Assembly (NCBI GenBank): GCA_963776275.1
Contig: CAVZMI010000003.1
Coordinates: 16,607 to 80,606 of the forward strand
Direction of reading: 5' to 3'
DNA: 64,000 bases
Origin: Ignavibacteriota bacterium
Lineage (GTDB): Bacteria; Bacteroidota; Ignavibacteria; UBA10030; CAVZMI01
Below the pieces are notes generated by a model that was given only the letters and a program-made list of their open reading frames with translations, had not been told where the DNA came from and ran no database searches. Of this stretch, positions 1 through 9,096 are shown piece after piece (position 1 is the stretch's first letter; every line of letters begins with the position of its first letter). A program made the translations under genes and the position numbers.

Positions 1-506
1 GACGAGAACGAGCGGGTCGGTAATTATGGCGCGTGCGATGGCGACGCGCTGCTCCTGTCCTCCCGAGAGCTGTCGTGGATAATGCTTCATTCTATCTGTG
101 AGTCCGACAATGGCAAGGGCCGCTTCGACATGTTCTTTTCGTTCCTTTTTCGACAGACCGGTGAGCAGCAGTGGGAGCTCCACGTTTTCGAACGCTGTAA
201 GAACAGGCAGTAGGTTGTAAAACTGAAAAATAAATCCAACGTGACGCGCTCTCCACTTGGCCAGATTTGATTCGCTGAGCGATGGGACGTTGACCCCATT
301 GACAACGATTTCGCCGCTATCAGGCCGGTCGATTCCGGCAATCAGATTCAACAGCGTTGTTTTTCCGGATCCCGACGGTTGCCCATCAGCGCGAGAAATT
401 CACCTTCGGGAATCGTGCAAGAGAGATTCTGAAGAACCGGAATTTCGATGCTGTCACGATGGTATGATTTTGTGATATTCCGGATATCGACTATTGGTTC
501 TGGCAT
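1..506 (-). CDS. ABC transporter ATP-binding protein, MacB/LolD family (3' end outside window; frameshift near 380)
   Basis: Manual translation [15 protein letters not shown]...[22 protein letters not shown]...[11 protein letters not shown]...[14 protein letters not shown]; Walker A is split by a 2-nt indel; signature LSGGQ present. Confidence 0.9.
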
Positions 507-525
507 AGAGGAATCTTCCATTCAA

Positions 526-1722
526 TTATTGTTGTGTCGTTTTTACATGTGAGCCGGTGTGAAGGTCGTCTGACGGCTTCAACACCACCCGATCACCCGC
601 ACGTGCTCCCGAAAGAACTTCCATGAGATTTCCGACATTTCCCCCAAGCGTTACAGGTGCTTCGGTCAAAATGTCTTCTTTGATTATAAAGATAACTTTT
701 TTACCATCCCGTGAAACGACAGCTTCAGGAGAAACTGCAAGCTTCGGTTTCTGGGCCACTGCGCTATCGCTCAGCGCTTCAGCCAAGAATGCCACCTTCG
801 CGCTCATTTCAGGAAGCACACTGTCATCCCTGTCGATGAATTTTACTTTTGTTTTTACCGTTGCCTTTGCGCGATCGACAGTAGGGACGATTTTATTGAT
901 TTTGCCACGGTATCGTTTTCCCGGAAAGGCATCGAGAGTAATTTCACAGGGCTGCCCCGGTCTCAATCGCTCTATATTTGATTCGGAAACATCAGCTTCA
1001 ACCTCCAGAGAGTTCATGTCGGCTATGGTCACTACGGCCCCGCGGGAACTAGCGGAAGTTGAAAACGGAGCAATCACTTCGCCCACATCGGCGTTTTTTG
1101 AAAGAACGGTGCCGTCAAACGGAGCACGGATAAGAGTATTTTCGATGGCAACTTCTGCAGCTTCAACTGTGGCTTTGCCATAGGAAATTGATGCAACGAC
1201 ACGGTTGTACCGCGCCTCAGCGGCGTCGAGCTCTGCCTGTGATGACAGAGACGAGGCAAAAAGTTGGCGTGTCCGCTCAAGTGTCTGTTTCGCGTCGATG
1301 AGATCAGCCTGACTGACCGCAAGATTCGCCTTCGCCTGTGCACGTGCCGCCTGGACGTCGCTGTCTTCGAGCTGGCCGATTATCATATTTCGCTTAACCC
1401 GGTCTCCTTCCTGGACAGTGAGACGTACAAGCCGTCCTGTTCCTTTTGAAGCGATCGCTGCTTTTCGCTGGGCAACCACATAGCCGCTGGCATTAAGAAG
1501 AGCGCTTGTTTGCGCAGGACTAGTCAACACAACAGTCGTTGTTTCGACTTCCGGAAGCGGAGCAAGGGTGCTGCGAAATACGATAAATATCAAAACCAGA
1601 AAGGCCACGATTCCTATGATCCACAAGAGCCTTCGTTTTGGAAGGATTTTCGATTTGGCCGTCTTGTCGTGATTGATTTGAAGTTTAGATAAATCTGCGT
1701 TGTGAGAGTCTGCCATTACCAT
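526..1722 (-). CDS. Efflux periplasmic adaptor subunit (MacA/HlyD family)
   Basis: N-terminal TM, lipoyl half-motifs (VQEGDRVKRN, IRAPFDGTV), coiled-coil hairpin; directly upstream of the ABC ATPase. Confidence 0.9.
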   Translation of the reverse strand: MVMADSHNADLSKLQINHDKTAKSKILPKRRLLWIIGIVAFLVLIFIVFRSTLAPLPEVETTTVVLTSPAQTSALLNASGYVVAQRKAAIASKGTGRLVRLTVQEGDRVKRNMIIGQLEDSDVQAARAQAKANLAVSQADLIDAKQTLERTRQLFASSLSSQAELDAAEARYNRVVASISYGKATVEAAEVAIENTLIRAPFDGTVLSKNADVGEVIAPFSTSASSRGAVVTIADMNSLEVEADVSESNIERLRPGQPCEITLDAFPGKRYRGKINKIVPTVDRAKATVKTKVKFIDRDDSVLPEMSAKVAFLAEALSDSAVAQKPKLAVSPEAVVSRDGKKVIFIIKEDILTEAPVTLGGNVGNLMEVLSGARAGDRVVLKPSDDLHTGSHVKTTQQ

Positions 1723-1760
1723 ACTTGACGGAGATGGTGTGTAATATCCAATAATTACTT

Positions 1761-1789
1761 AAGATACGGAATAAAAGGCCTCTTTTCAA
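1761..1789 (-). promoter_or_regulatory. Sigma70-type promoter of the adaptor/ABC operon
   Basis: TTGAAA-17 bp-TATCTT on minus strand ~40 nt upstream of the start. Confidence 0.5.
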
Positions 1790-1797
1790 TAGATATT

Positions 1798-1823
1798 AAA
1801 CGCTATCTTTCATAGAATGTTAC
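1798..1823 (-). promoter_or_regulatory. Putative ECF-sigma promoter
   Basis: GTAAC-N16-CGTTT on minus strand. Confidence 0.3.
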
Positions 1824-1933
1824 AATATTACTGAGATGTTTTTATCGATAAAAAAGGAATCGAAGAACGTCATAGGAGGTATAAAAAAATCTTGCTGGTG
1901 ATTTTTCTTTAGGTTTGTCGATGAATCTGCTTC

Positions 1934-2749
1934 TCACATCAATTTCAATGCCCAGAATATTTTTTTTGTGATCTCAAGTCGTGCTTTCCCGAACAGATCG
2001 GTGGGATCTTTTTGCTCGATGCTTGTGGCAAAGAAGTACACATTCCCGTTACGTTCCAGATAACCCACGAGCCAGCCGATTTCTCTGTCTGTCCGCAGTG
2101 CCAATCCGGTTTTAGCGCTCAGTGTATAGGCGTTGGTTTTTTCAAATACCATGATCTTCTTCAGTATATCGATGCTCCGTTTGGAGATTGGCAATTGGTA
2201 TGTGTACAGTCGCCGGAGAAAATCGATTTGTTGAACTTGCGATATCCGCAGTCCTCCTTCCAGCCAGAAGCGATCGATACCGCCTGAGATATTTCGATTT
2301 CCGTATTGCATCGTATCGAGGAAGTGCTGCATTCGTTCAGGCCCGATACGGCGGGCAATTTCCTGGTAATACCAGACGACGGAATTGGTAAAAGCAGTTT
2401 TCAGAGTATGATCCCGGTTCCATGTTTCGATGCCGTACCGGGTGCTGTCCCATTTGATAACGAAATTTTCGTCGGTAGCGACACCGGTCTCAAGGGCGAT
2501 TAGCGAATTGGGTATTTTGAATGTCGAAGCAGGTATAAATTCCTTCGTAATCCTATCACGGTTGTAACAAATGGTCGAATCGTTGTTGAGATCGTACAGA
2601 ACGAACGACCCGACCACGTCATATTCTTTGAAATATTGGCCAAGCTCGGGAATCTCCCGGAAATTATGCTGAGCATTGAGAAGCTGAAGTAAGACAACTG
2701 AGTGGAAGATAAAGAAAATGACTTTACTTATAGATTTTAATACGTACAT
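1934..2749 (-). CDS. blaOXA: Class D beta-lactamase (OXA-like)
   Basis: Motifs PASTFK (S-x-x-K), SVV, YGN, FWLEGGLRIS, KTG; signal-peptide-like N-terminus; 271 aa. Confidence 0.9.
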   Translation of the reverse strand: MYVLKSISKVIFFIFHSVVLLQLLNAQHNFREIPELGQYFKEYDVVGSFVLYDLNNDSTICYNRDRITKEFIPASTFKIPNSLIALETGVATDENFVIKWDSTRYGIETWNRDHTLKTAFTNSVVWYYQEIARRIGPERMQHFLDTMQYGNRNISGGIDRFWLEGGLRISQVQQIDFLRRLYTYQLPISKRSIDILKKIMVFEKTNAYTLSAKTGLALRTDREIGWLVGYLERNGNVYFFATSIEQKDPTDLFGKARLEITKKIFWALKLM

Positions 2750-2783
2750 ACCGTTCCCCCGGCGCGATTATTATAAATGAATA

Positions 2784-3671
2784 CTACAACGCATAATTTA
2801 AAATTTTATATACTAATTTTGCAGTTGTCTCATCGGCATAATGAAGTTTTTTTATCGGTGCGAACTCTACGACGTCGAAGCCAACAATTTTTGTCCGCTC
2901 ACTCACTTTTCGCAGCAGGACCATTGTTTCATGCCAGGTTAATCCGTCTGGCTCGGGAGTACCTGTCGCAGGCATGATGGATGGATCTAAACCGTCTATA
3001 TCGAACGAGAGATAGACTTTGTCCGTTAATTTTTTAACAACGATATCCTGCCAGTCTTCAGAGAATCCTCCATCATGGATATAATGCGCATAGAAAGTCT
3101 GAACCTGCTTCTCGGCGATGAATCGGGCTTCTTCTGAACACTGTGCACGGATGCCGACCTGGACGAGGCGCCGTGGATCGAGAAATTCGCAAACACGGGC
3201 CATGACACAGGCATGGCTGTATCTGGTTCCTTCGTATTCCGCACGAAGGTCTGAATGTGCATCGATATGCAGCACAGAAAGATCGGGGAATTTTTCGAGA
3301 TGTGCTTTGATTATAGCAGCCGATATTGTATGCTCACCGCCAAGTGTGATGACGAATTTCTCTTCCTTCAGGAGATTTCTGACTGTACGTTCAATAAGAT
3401 CGAGTGCGCTCTGGTTCTTTTTCCCTTTGAAATTCAACGGTGGAAGTGTGGCGATTCCATATTCCTTATACAATTCCCGTTTCAGTTCTTCATCGTAGAA
3501 CTCGACATAGTGGGATGCTTTAAGAATCGTCCCTGGGCCGAATCGCGTCCCGCCGCCATAACTTACGGTGTGTTCATATGGGGCGGGGAGGACAACGACG
3601 CGTGAAGTTTTGTATTCAGAATATTTTTTTTCGATCCCCAGGAAATTCGATTTTTTGCCGAGGGTTTTCAT
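2784..3671 (-). CDS. speB: Agmatinase (ureohydrolase family)
   Basis: LGGEHTIS, HIDAHSDLR, SFDIDGLDPSIMPATGTPEPDG metal-binding motifs. Confidence 0.93.
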   Translation of the reverse strand: MKTLGKKSNFLGIEKKYSEYKTSRVVVLPAPYEHTVSYGGGTRFGPGTILKASHYVEFYDEELKRELYKEYGIATLPPLNFKGKKNQSALDLIERTVRNLLKEEKFVITLGGEHTISAAIIKAHLEKFPDLSVLHIDAHSDLRAEYEGTRYSHACVMARVCEFLDPRRLVQVGIRAQCSEEARFIAEKQVQTFYAHYIHDGGFSEDWQDIVVKKLTDKVYLSFDIDGLDPSIMPATGTPEPDGLTWHETMVLLRKVSERTKIVGFDVVEFAPIKKLHYADETTAKLVYKILNYAL

Positions 3672-3751
3672 CCGTTCTTAACCGACGATAATTGATATGA
3701 TTATTATGAAAAATAAAATATAGAAGAAAGACAAGGAAAAGCAAATAAGGA

Positions 3752-3860
3752 AGGAAAAAGTAAAAAGAAAAAAGGAAAAAGTCGTGCGTTTTAGGAAAAT
3801 ACGGTGATAATATAGAGTCTCCATAATAACTTTTTACTTTTTAATTTTTCCTTTTTCCCT
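3752..3860. repeat. Heptamer-based inverted repeat (hairpin element)
   Basis: Left arm GGAAAAA GTAAAAA GAAAAAA GGAAAAA GT; right arm AC TTTTTAC TTTTTAA TTTTTCC TTTTTCC; ~46 nt spacer. Confidence 0.7.
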
Positions 3861-3920
3861 ATCAATTATTTCCCAGTGATGCTCTTGATTCTCTCTCCAA
3901 ATTCTTATATTTTGATCTCG

Positions 3921-4415
3921 ATGAAAGATACATCACTGATATATTTTATCTTACTCATTGCAGTTTTATTCTGGTGCGGTCTGATACTATTAGCTCCGCT
4001 CGCTACACACTATGGCTATGCAAAGGAGGCGGAGCTTCTCTATACGATGTTCGGCCGTGTCTGTCATCAGCTCGATTCTCATTCGCTCCACATTGGCGGA
4101 GAGAAACTCGGTGTTTGTGCGCGGTGCAGCGCGATCTACTTCGGTTTTCTTCTAGGAGTTGTGTTATATCCAATTTCCCGGCGGTTCTCTGATGCGAAGC
4201 TGCTCCAAAGGCGCTGGTTGTTTATTGCATCCATTCCGATGTGTGTCGATGTCTTTCTTTCGATTGCCGGCGTTTATGCGGCAACGCTGTTAACCCGATT
4301 ATTCACCGGGGGTATTTTCGGCTTTATCCTTGCACTCATTATCATACCGGAATTACTACCGGCGATTTCATCACTCTTATTATCATCAAGGAGGCACCAT
4401 GCCTACAAAACCTGA
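3921..4415 (+). CDS. DUF2085-type membrane protein
   Basis: VCHQ...SHS...GVCARC motif, several TM segments; TTGATT-17-TATATT promoter just upstream favours the ATG at 3921. Confidence 0.75.
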   Translation: MKDTSLIYFILLIAVLFWCGLILLAPLATHYGYAKEAELLYTMFGRVCHQLDSHSLHIGGEKLGVCARCSAIYFGFLLGVVLYPISRRFSDAKLLQRRWLFIASIPMCVDVFLSIAGVYAATLLTRLFTGGIFGFILALIIIPELLPAISSLLLSSRRHHAYKT

Positions 4416-4947
4416 TAAAATACTCCCCGCTCTTTATGGAGGGATCATTATTGCCGTCATCTCTACAGTTCCGGGTCTCAGCCTGATTAATTGTCTTTGT
4501 TGCGCGGGTGTGATGATCGGTGGTGTGATGGCGGTCTACTTTTACAAAAATACACTCACTCCTGAATCAGTTCCGCTCGAATCGAGTGACGGGGTGCAGC
4601 TTGGACTCCTTGCCGGAGCATTTGCAGCAGTGATTGCGACGGTTATTTCAATATTCATCCGGCTCCTCTTTGGAGACATCGGATCGAAAATTATAATGGA
4701 TGTGCTTGATCGGCTTGCGGAATCCGGTACGATCCCGCAGGAAGCAATGAATGGAATACGACAGGGAATTGAACAATCGGTGGAACGGGGACTGGGGTCC
4801 ATTCAGATACTCCTGAGTTTTGTCTTCAATATTATTATATATCCATTGTTCGGGTTATTCGGGGGTCTCATCGGTGTGTCGCTATTTAAGTCGAAAAAAC
4901 AACCGCCGGTCGTTCAACAGCCGCCACCAATGGTACCGATGGCATAG
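4399..4947 (+). CDS. Hypothetical 4-TM membrane protein with NCLCC cysteine cluster
   Basis: AGGAGG RBS before ATG 4399; overlaps the DUF2085 gene end; hydrophobic helices; Pro/Gln-rich tail. Confidence 0.75.
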   Translation: MPTKPDKILPALYGGIIIAVISTVPGLSLINCLCCAGVMIGGVMAVYFYKNTLTPESVPLESSDGVQLGLLAGAFAAVIATVISIFIRLLFGDIGSKIIMDVLDRLAESGTIPQEAMNGIRQGIEQSVERGLGSIQILLSFVFNIIIYPLFGLFGGLIGVSLFKSKKQPPVVQQPPPMVPMA

Positions 4948-4959
4948 AGGAACCTTGGA

Positions 4960-5132
4960 GATTGATGATTTCTGATTGATGATTTCTGATTGATGATTTC
5001 TGAGTCTAAATAACCACCTGATGAGAATTTTTAGATTAGGTGTAGGCTCTGAAAATACTAATGGTTGGATTTTTTCAAGTGCAATCCGGTGAATTACATA
5101 ATACGCTATCTAAACTCGGAAATCATCAATCA
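4960..5132. repeat. 3 x 14-bp tandem repeat (GATTGAT GATTTCT) plus inverted copy, forming a long hairpin
   Basis: GATTGATGATTTCT at 4960, 4974, 4988; 4988-5008 is complementary to 5111-5131 at 19/21 positions. Confidence 0.85.
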
Positions 5133-5163
5133 TATATCATAAATAGTATAACAATCGAGACAT

Positions 5164-6354
5164 TTATTTCGGCAGTTTAATGCGGAAGGTTGTTCCTTTG
5201 CCCGGCTTGCTTTCCTTGACGAAAAGTTTTCCCTTGTGGTAAATCTCAATAATCCGTTTTGAGAGACTTAACCCTAAACCCCATCCCCTGAGTTTTGTAC
5301 TGTATCCGGGGCGGAAAATTTCTTTGCGGAATTTCAGGTCAATCCCTTTTCCCGTGTCGGTCACATCTATGATGACTTCTTCAGCTTGATCGAGGACGGT
5401 TACCGATACTGCCCCGATTCCATCCATTGCATCGAGTGCATTTTTCACCAGGTTCTCGATCACCCACTCGAACAATTCACGATTCATCGGGACGGTAAGA
5501 TTGTCCGGAGCGTCGAGTGTCAACGAAATGTTCTTTCCCATCTGGGGAATTCGTCGTTGAAAGTATGTGAGAACGTTTGAAAGTGCATTCCTGATATTCT
5601 CCTCTTTCAAATCGGGCTTCGATCCGATTTTCGAAAATCGAGCTGCTACTTTATTAAGACGTTCCAGATCATTGTGCATTTCCGAAATGGTATCCCTGAT
5701 CTTCGGATTTTCCTCTCCTATGAGACGAAGAATTTCGATCCATCCCATGATGCTCGAGAGAGGAGTGCCAAGCTGGTGTGCTGTTTCTTTTGCCATCCCG
5801 ACCCAGATGTTACTCTGTTCGCTTCTTCTGATATGATTAAATCCGACGTATCCAAGAAGAATAAAAAGCGCTGCAAGTCCAAGTTCAATATACGGGAGCC
5901 ACCGGAGTTGAATGATGAGAGGTGATTCTCCATAATGGACGTATTGGAGAACGGTAGAATCTTGATAGAGAACCTTAATCGGAGGATTTTCCTCATCTAT
6001 GTGCGCGATAATCTTGTGAATTTGGGCAAGCTGTTGTTCGTACGAGAGAGTCGAGTCGATATTTACATTACGGATATTAATCCTGATTGGTTGGAGAGGA
6101 TTATTGGCCCCATCTGTTAATATCATCGGAAAATCAATCGTACGAATAATCTGGTCGAAAACAAAGCTGTAATCTCCCTCGGGCGTATGAGCATTGGCGA
6201 TATATTCAATCGAACGTGCATAGAGATCGGCAATATACCGTTGCCTTTCCTGGAGCCTCGCAACAATCGATTGTGTATAGATCAGTGTTGCGACGACGAT
6301 GATGATTGCGCCGGCAAGGAGGGCTATTTTAATATTATTTGCGCGTAATGCCAC
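5164..6354 (-). CDS. Membrane sensor histidine kinase (no adjacent response regulator)
   Basis: Two TMs, H-box KETAHQLGTPLSS, N-box ENLVKNALDA, DTGKG, GWGLGLS. Confidence 0.92.
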   Translation of the reverse strand: MALRANNIKIALLAGAIIIVVATLIYTQSIVARLQERQRYIADLYARSIEYIANAHTPEGDYSFVFDQIIRTIDFPMILTDGANNPLQPIRINIRNVNIDSTLSYEQQLAQIHKIIAHIDEENPPIKVLYQDSTVLQYVHYGESPLIIQLRWLPYIELGLAALFILLGYVGFNHIRRSEQSNIWVGMAKETAHQLGTPLSSIMGWIEILRLIGEENPKIRDTISEMHNDLERLNKVAARFSKIGSKPDLKEENIRNALSNVLTYFQRRIPQMGKNISLTLDAPDNLTVPMNRELFEWVIENLVKNALDAMDGIGAVSVTVLDQAEEVIIDVTDTGKGIDLKFRKEIFRPGYSTKLRGWGLGLSLSKRIIEIYHKGKLFVKESKPGKGTTFRIKLPK

Positions 6355-6379
6355 GTTAGCCTCACGTTCGGTTGTGTAT

Positions 6380-7669
6380 TCAGGTTGACGGTGGATTCAG
6401 AATGATCGTTTGATCTCGCCTTGCACCGACAGAAACAATAGAAACGCGGGTATTTATTGATCGTCCCAGAGCTGCAATATATTCTTGCGCACGGTGAGGC
6501 AGTTCAACGAAATCCCGTACTCCCGATAAGGACTGTTTCCAGCCCTGAAAAGTTTCATAGATCGGAGTGATTTGGGAGAGGGATTCGCAATCGGTCGGGA
6601 ATGTCTTAATCCGTCGTCCTTGATATTCATACCCGACACAGATATTGATTTCTTCGAATTCATCAAGGACATCGAGTTTTGTAATAGCAATGTCGGAAAT
6701 GCCGTTAATCATTATCGAATATCGAAGACTGACAGCATCGAACCATCCGCATCGACGCGGCCGGCCGGTTGTGGCTCCGTATTCATGACCGATATCGCGT
6801 AATCGCTGTCCTATACTGTTGTCGAGTTCGGTAGGGAAAGGTCCGTTCCCGACGCGCGTTGTGTACGCTTTGGTGACGCCGATGATTGACGTAATGCTCG
6901 TCGGCGGAATTCCTAGTCCCGTGCACGCTCCCCCACTTGTTGGATTGGATGATGTAACATAGGGATATGTTCCATGATCCATATCGAGAAGGGCACCCTG
7001 AGCTCCTTCGGCAAGGATCCGCTTGCCTTGTGCGATGGCGTTATTGAGCATAAAGGCGGTGTCGGTGATGTACTCATCGATCTTCTCATCGAATTCCTGG
7101 TATTCAAGTATGATCTTTTCGACATCGAGTTCTTCGCTATCGTATATCTTTCGAAGAAGTTGATTTTTTTCTTCGATGTTTTTCTTTAATTTGTCGGCAA
7201 GCGTTTTCCGGTTCAGGAGGTCGACAATCTTGATTCCGACACGAGACGCTTTATCGATATAGGCAGGACCGATGCCCCGCCCGGTCGTTCCGATTTTTGC
7301 CGTACCCTGTCCTTCCTCCCGCATTTTATCAATCATTTTGTGGTACGGCATGATGAGGTGTGCATTGTGGCTGATGAACAGTCGTCCCTTGATCGATATT
7401 CCGAAGCTTTCGATCATCTTGATCTCATCCATCAAAGCAACAGGATCTATCACAACTCCGTTACCGATAACACATGATACATGATCGTGAAAAATGCCAG
7501 AGGGGATGAGATGGAGGACATAATTCCTGTCGTCGATGCACACGGTATGACCGGCATTCGCCCCGCCTTGATAGCGTGCGACAATGTCAGTGTCTTCGCT
7601 GAGCAAATCGATGACTTTTCCTTTTCCTTCGTCTCCCCATTGTGCACCAACGATAATCGTGACTGGCAT
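6380..7669 (-). CDS. purA: Adenylosuccinate synthetase
   Basis: GAQWGDEGKGK, GGANAGHT, IGTTGRGIGPAY, GATTGRPRRCGWFD. Confidence 0.98.
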   Translation of the reverse strand: MPVTIIVGAQWGDEGKGKVIDLLSEDTDIVARYQGGANAGHTVCIDDRNYVLHLIPSGIFHDHVSCVIGNGVVIDPVALMDEIKMIESFGISIKGRLFISHNAHLIMPYHKMIDKMREEGQGTAKIGTTGRGIGPAYIDKASRVGIKIVDLLNRKTLADKLKKNIEEKNQLLRKIYDSEELDVEKIILEYQEFDEKIDEYITDTAFMLNNAIAQGKRILAEGAQGALLDMDHGTYPYVTSSNPTSGGACTGLGIPPTSITSIIGVTKAYTTRVGNGPFPTELDNSIGQRLRDIGHEYGATTGRPRRCGWFDAVSLRYSIMINGISDIAITKLDVLDEFEEINICVGYEYQGRRIKTFPTDCESLSQITPIYETFQGWKQSLSGVRDFVELPHRAQEYIAALGRSINTRVSIVSVGARRDQTIILNPPST

Positions 7670-7698
7670 AATAATGTCCTTTGCAGGAATTGGTTTTC

Positions 7699-7736
7699 AA
7701 AAAAAACCGATCAGCGGGGTATGAACCGATGATCGG
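7699..7736 (-). terminator. Intrinsic terminator between the STAS gene and purA
   Basis: CCGATCATCGG-loop-CCGCTGATCGG followed by T8 on minus strand. Confidence 0.7.
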
Positions 7737-7771
7737 AGAATAGGCGTATGAGATATTTCCTTAATACCGTT

Positions 7772-8110
7772 TCATGAAAAGCTTTGTACTGCCTCAGTGA
7801 TGGTGTTATAGTGTTCGAAAAAAGCCATCAGCTTGGTCATTGTCAAGAGTCCGCGGATTTTCACAGAAGCTGCCGCGAGTTTAAGCTGTCCGCCAGAATT
7901 CTTTATTGCCGTCAGACTGCTGATCAGCATTCCCAAACCTGAGCTGTTCATTGCATCGACCCCGGCAAGATCGAGGACGATATTCTGCTTTCCTTGCTCT
8001 AGAAGTTTATGAATCTCCCCGTTCAGCATCGATGCATCCGGTCCCCCCATGATGCTACCTTCAAGGGAGAGGACGATGATGGAGCTCTGCTCACTGGTTG
8101 TCACTTTCAT
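7772..8110 (-). CDS. STAS-domain anti-sigma factor antagonist
   Basis: MKVTTSEQ...IVLDLAGVDAMNSSGLGML; ~112 aa; AGGAG RBS before ATG 8110. Confidence 0.9.
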   Translation of the reverse strand: MKVTTSEQSSIIVLSLEGSIMGGPDASMLNGEIHKLLEQGKQNIVLDLAGVDAMNSSGLGMLISSLTAIKNSGGQLKLAAASVKIRGLLTMTKLMAFFEHYNTITEAVQSFS

Positions 8111-8120
8111 AGTGTTCTCC

Positions 8121-9069
8121 TTATGATGCAGGAGCAATTGCTTTACTTTGAGCGTTTTTCCTTCGTTCCTTGTAGAGAGTCCAGTCAACGACAAGTGCGC
8201 TTGCGACATAAATTGAAGAATATGTTCCCGTCACAATACCGATCAGAAGAGCAAAGGCGAATCCACGAGTCACTTCACCGCCGAAAATAAAAATCATAAG
8301 CAGAACGAGAAATATCGTTCCGGATGTTATGATCGTTCGGCTGAGCGTTTCGTTGATACTGCGATTGAAGATCTGTATGAGACCCTCTGTTCGATAGAGC
8401 TTCCGGTTTTCACGGATACGATCGAAGATCACCACCGTATCGTTGCTGGAAAATCCAATTAAAGTCAAGAAAGCAGCAACCACTGTTTGGGATATCTCCA
8501 GATTGAGATATGGTGTAAGTCCGTTGACAATTGAAATAAGACCGAGTGTAACAAGAACATCGTGGAAAAGTGCAATGACTGCTCCTGCCCCATAGATAAA
8601 CTGGAAACGGAATCCCAGATAAATGAGAACTACAACGAGCGATGCGATGACCGCTTTCAATGCATCGAGCCGCAGCTCGCCACCGATCTTCGGACCGATC
8701 TTGTCTTCTTTCAATACACTGAGTTCATTCTGCGTAAACTGGTGTCGTAATGCACCTTGAATCTCGATCGAGACTGAAGATCCCTGGTCCTTGTTTCCGT
8801 GTCCGAATGAGAATATCGTTTTGGCTGCCAAAATTTTTTATTTCGCTTTCTCCAAGTGCGACAGTACCAAGAGCCGCACGGACATCTCCGATGGCGACAG
8901 GATTTGTAAAATGGACTACGATCTCCGTTCCACCGAGAAAATCTATTCCGTAATCAACACCCCTCACCGCAAGTGATATCAAACCGGAGAGTATGATTGT
9001 TCCGGAGATTGAATAGCAGAGGAATCGTTTTCCAATAAAGTCGATGGTTGTTTTTTTAAAAAAACGCAT
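8121..9069 (-). CDS. secF: Protein translocase subunit SecF (frameshift near 8790)
   Basis: GIDFLGGTE, IGPKIGGEL, NDTVVIFDRIREN, GTYSSIYVAS across two ORF pieces. Confidence 0.93.
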
Positions 9070-9096
9070 GAAAATACTCCCGGGTCTGAGAAATGA

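Noticed and set aside
1874-1912. AGGAGGT followed by a KKILLVIFL-like stretch, suggesting a signal-peptide gene remnant
   Set aside because: No proper start codon, no RBS spacing, and a stop after nine codons
4960-5001. Tandem repeat as a CRISPR array
   Set aside because: 14-bp units with no spacers and no cas genes in the window
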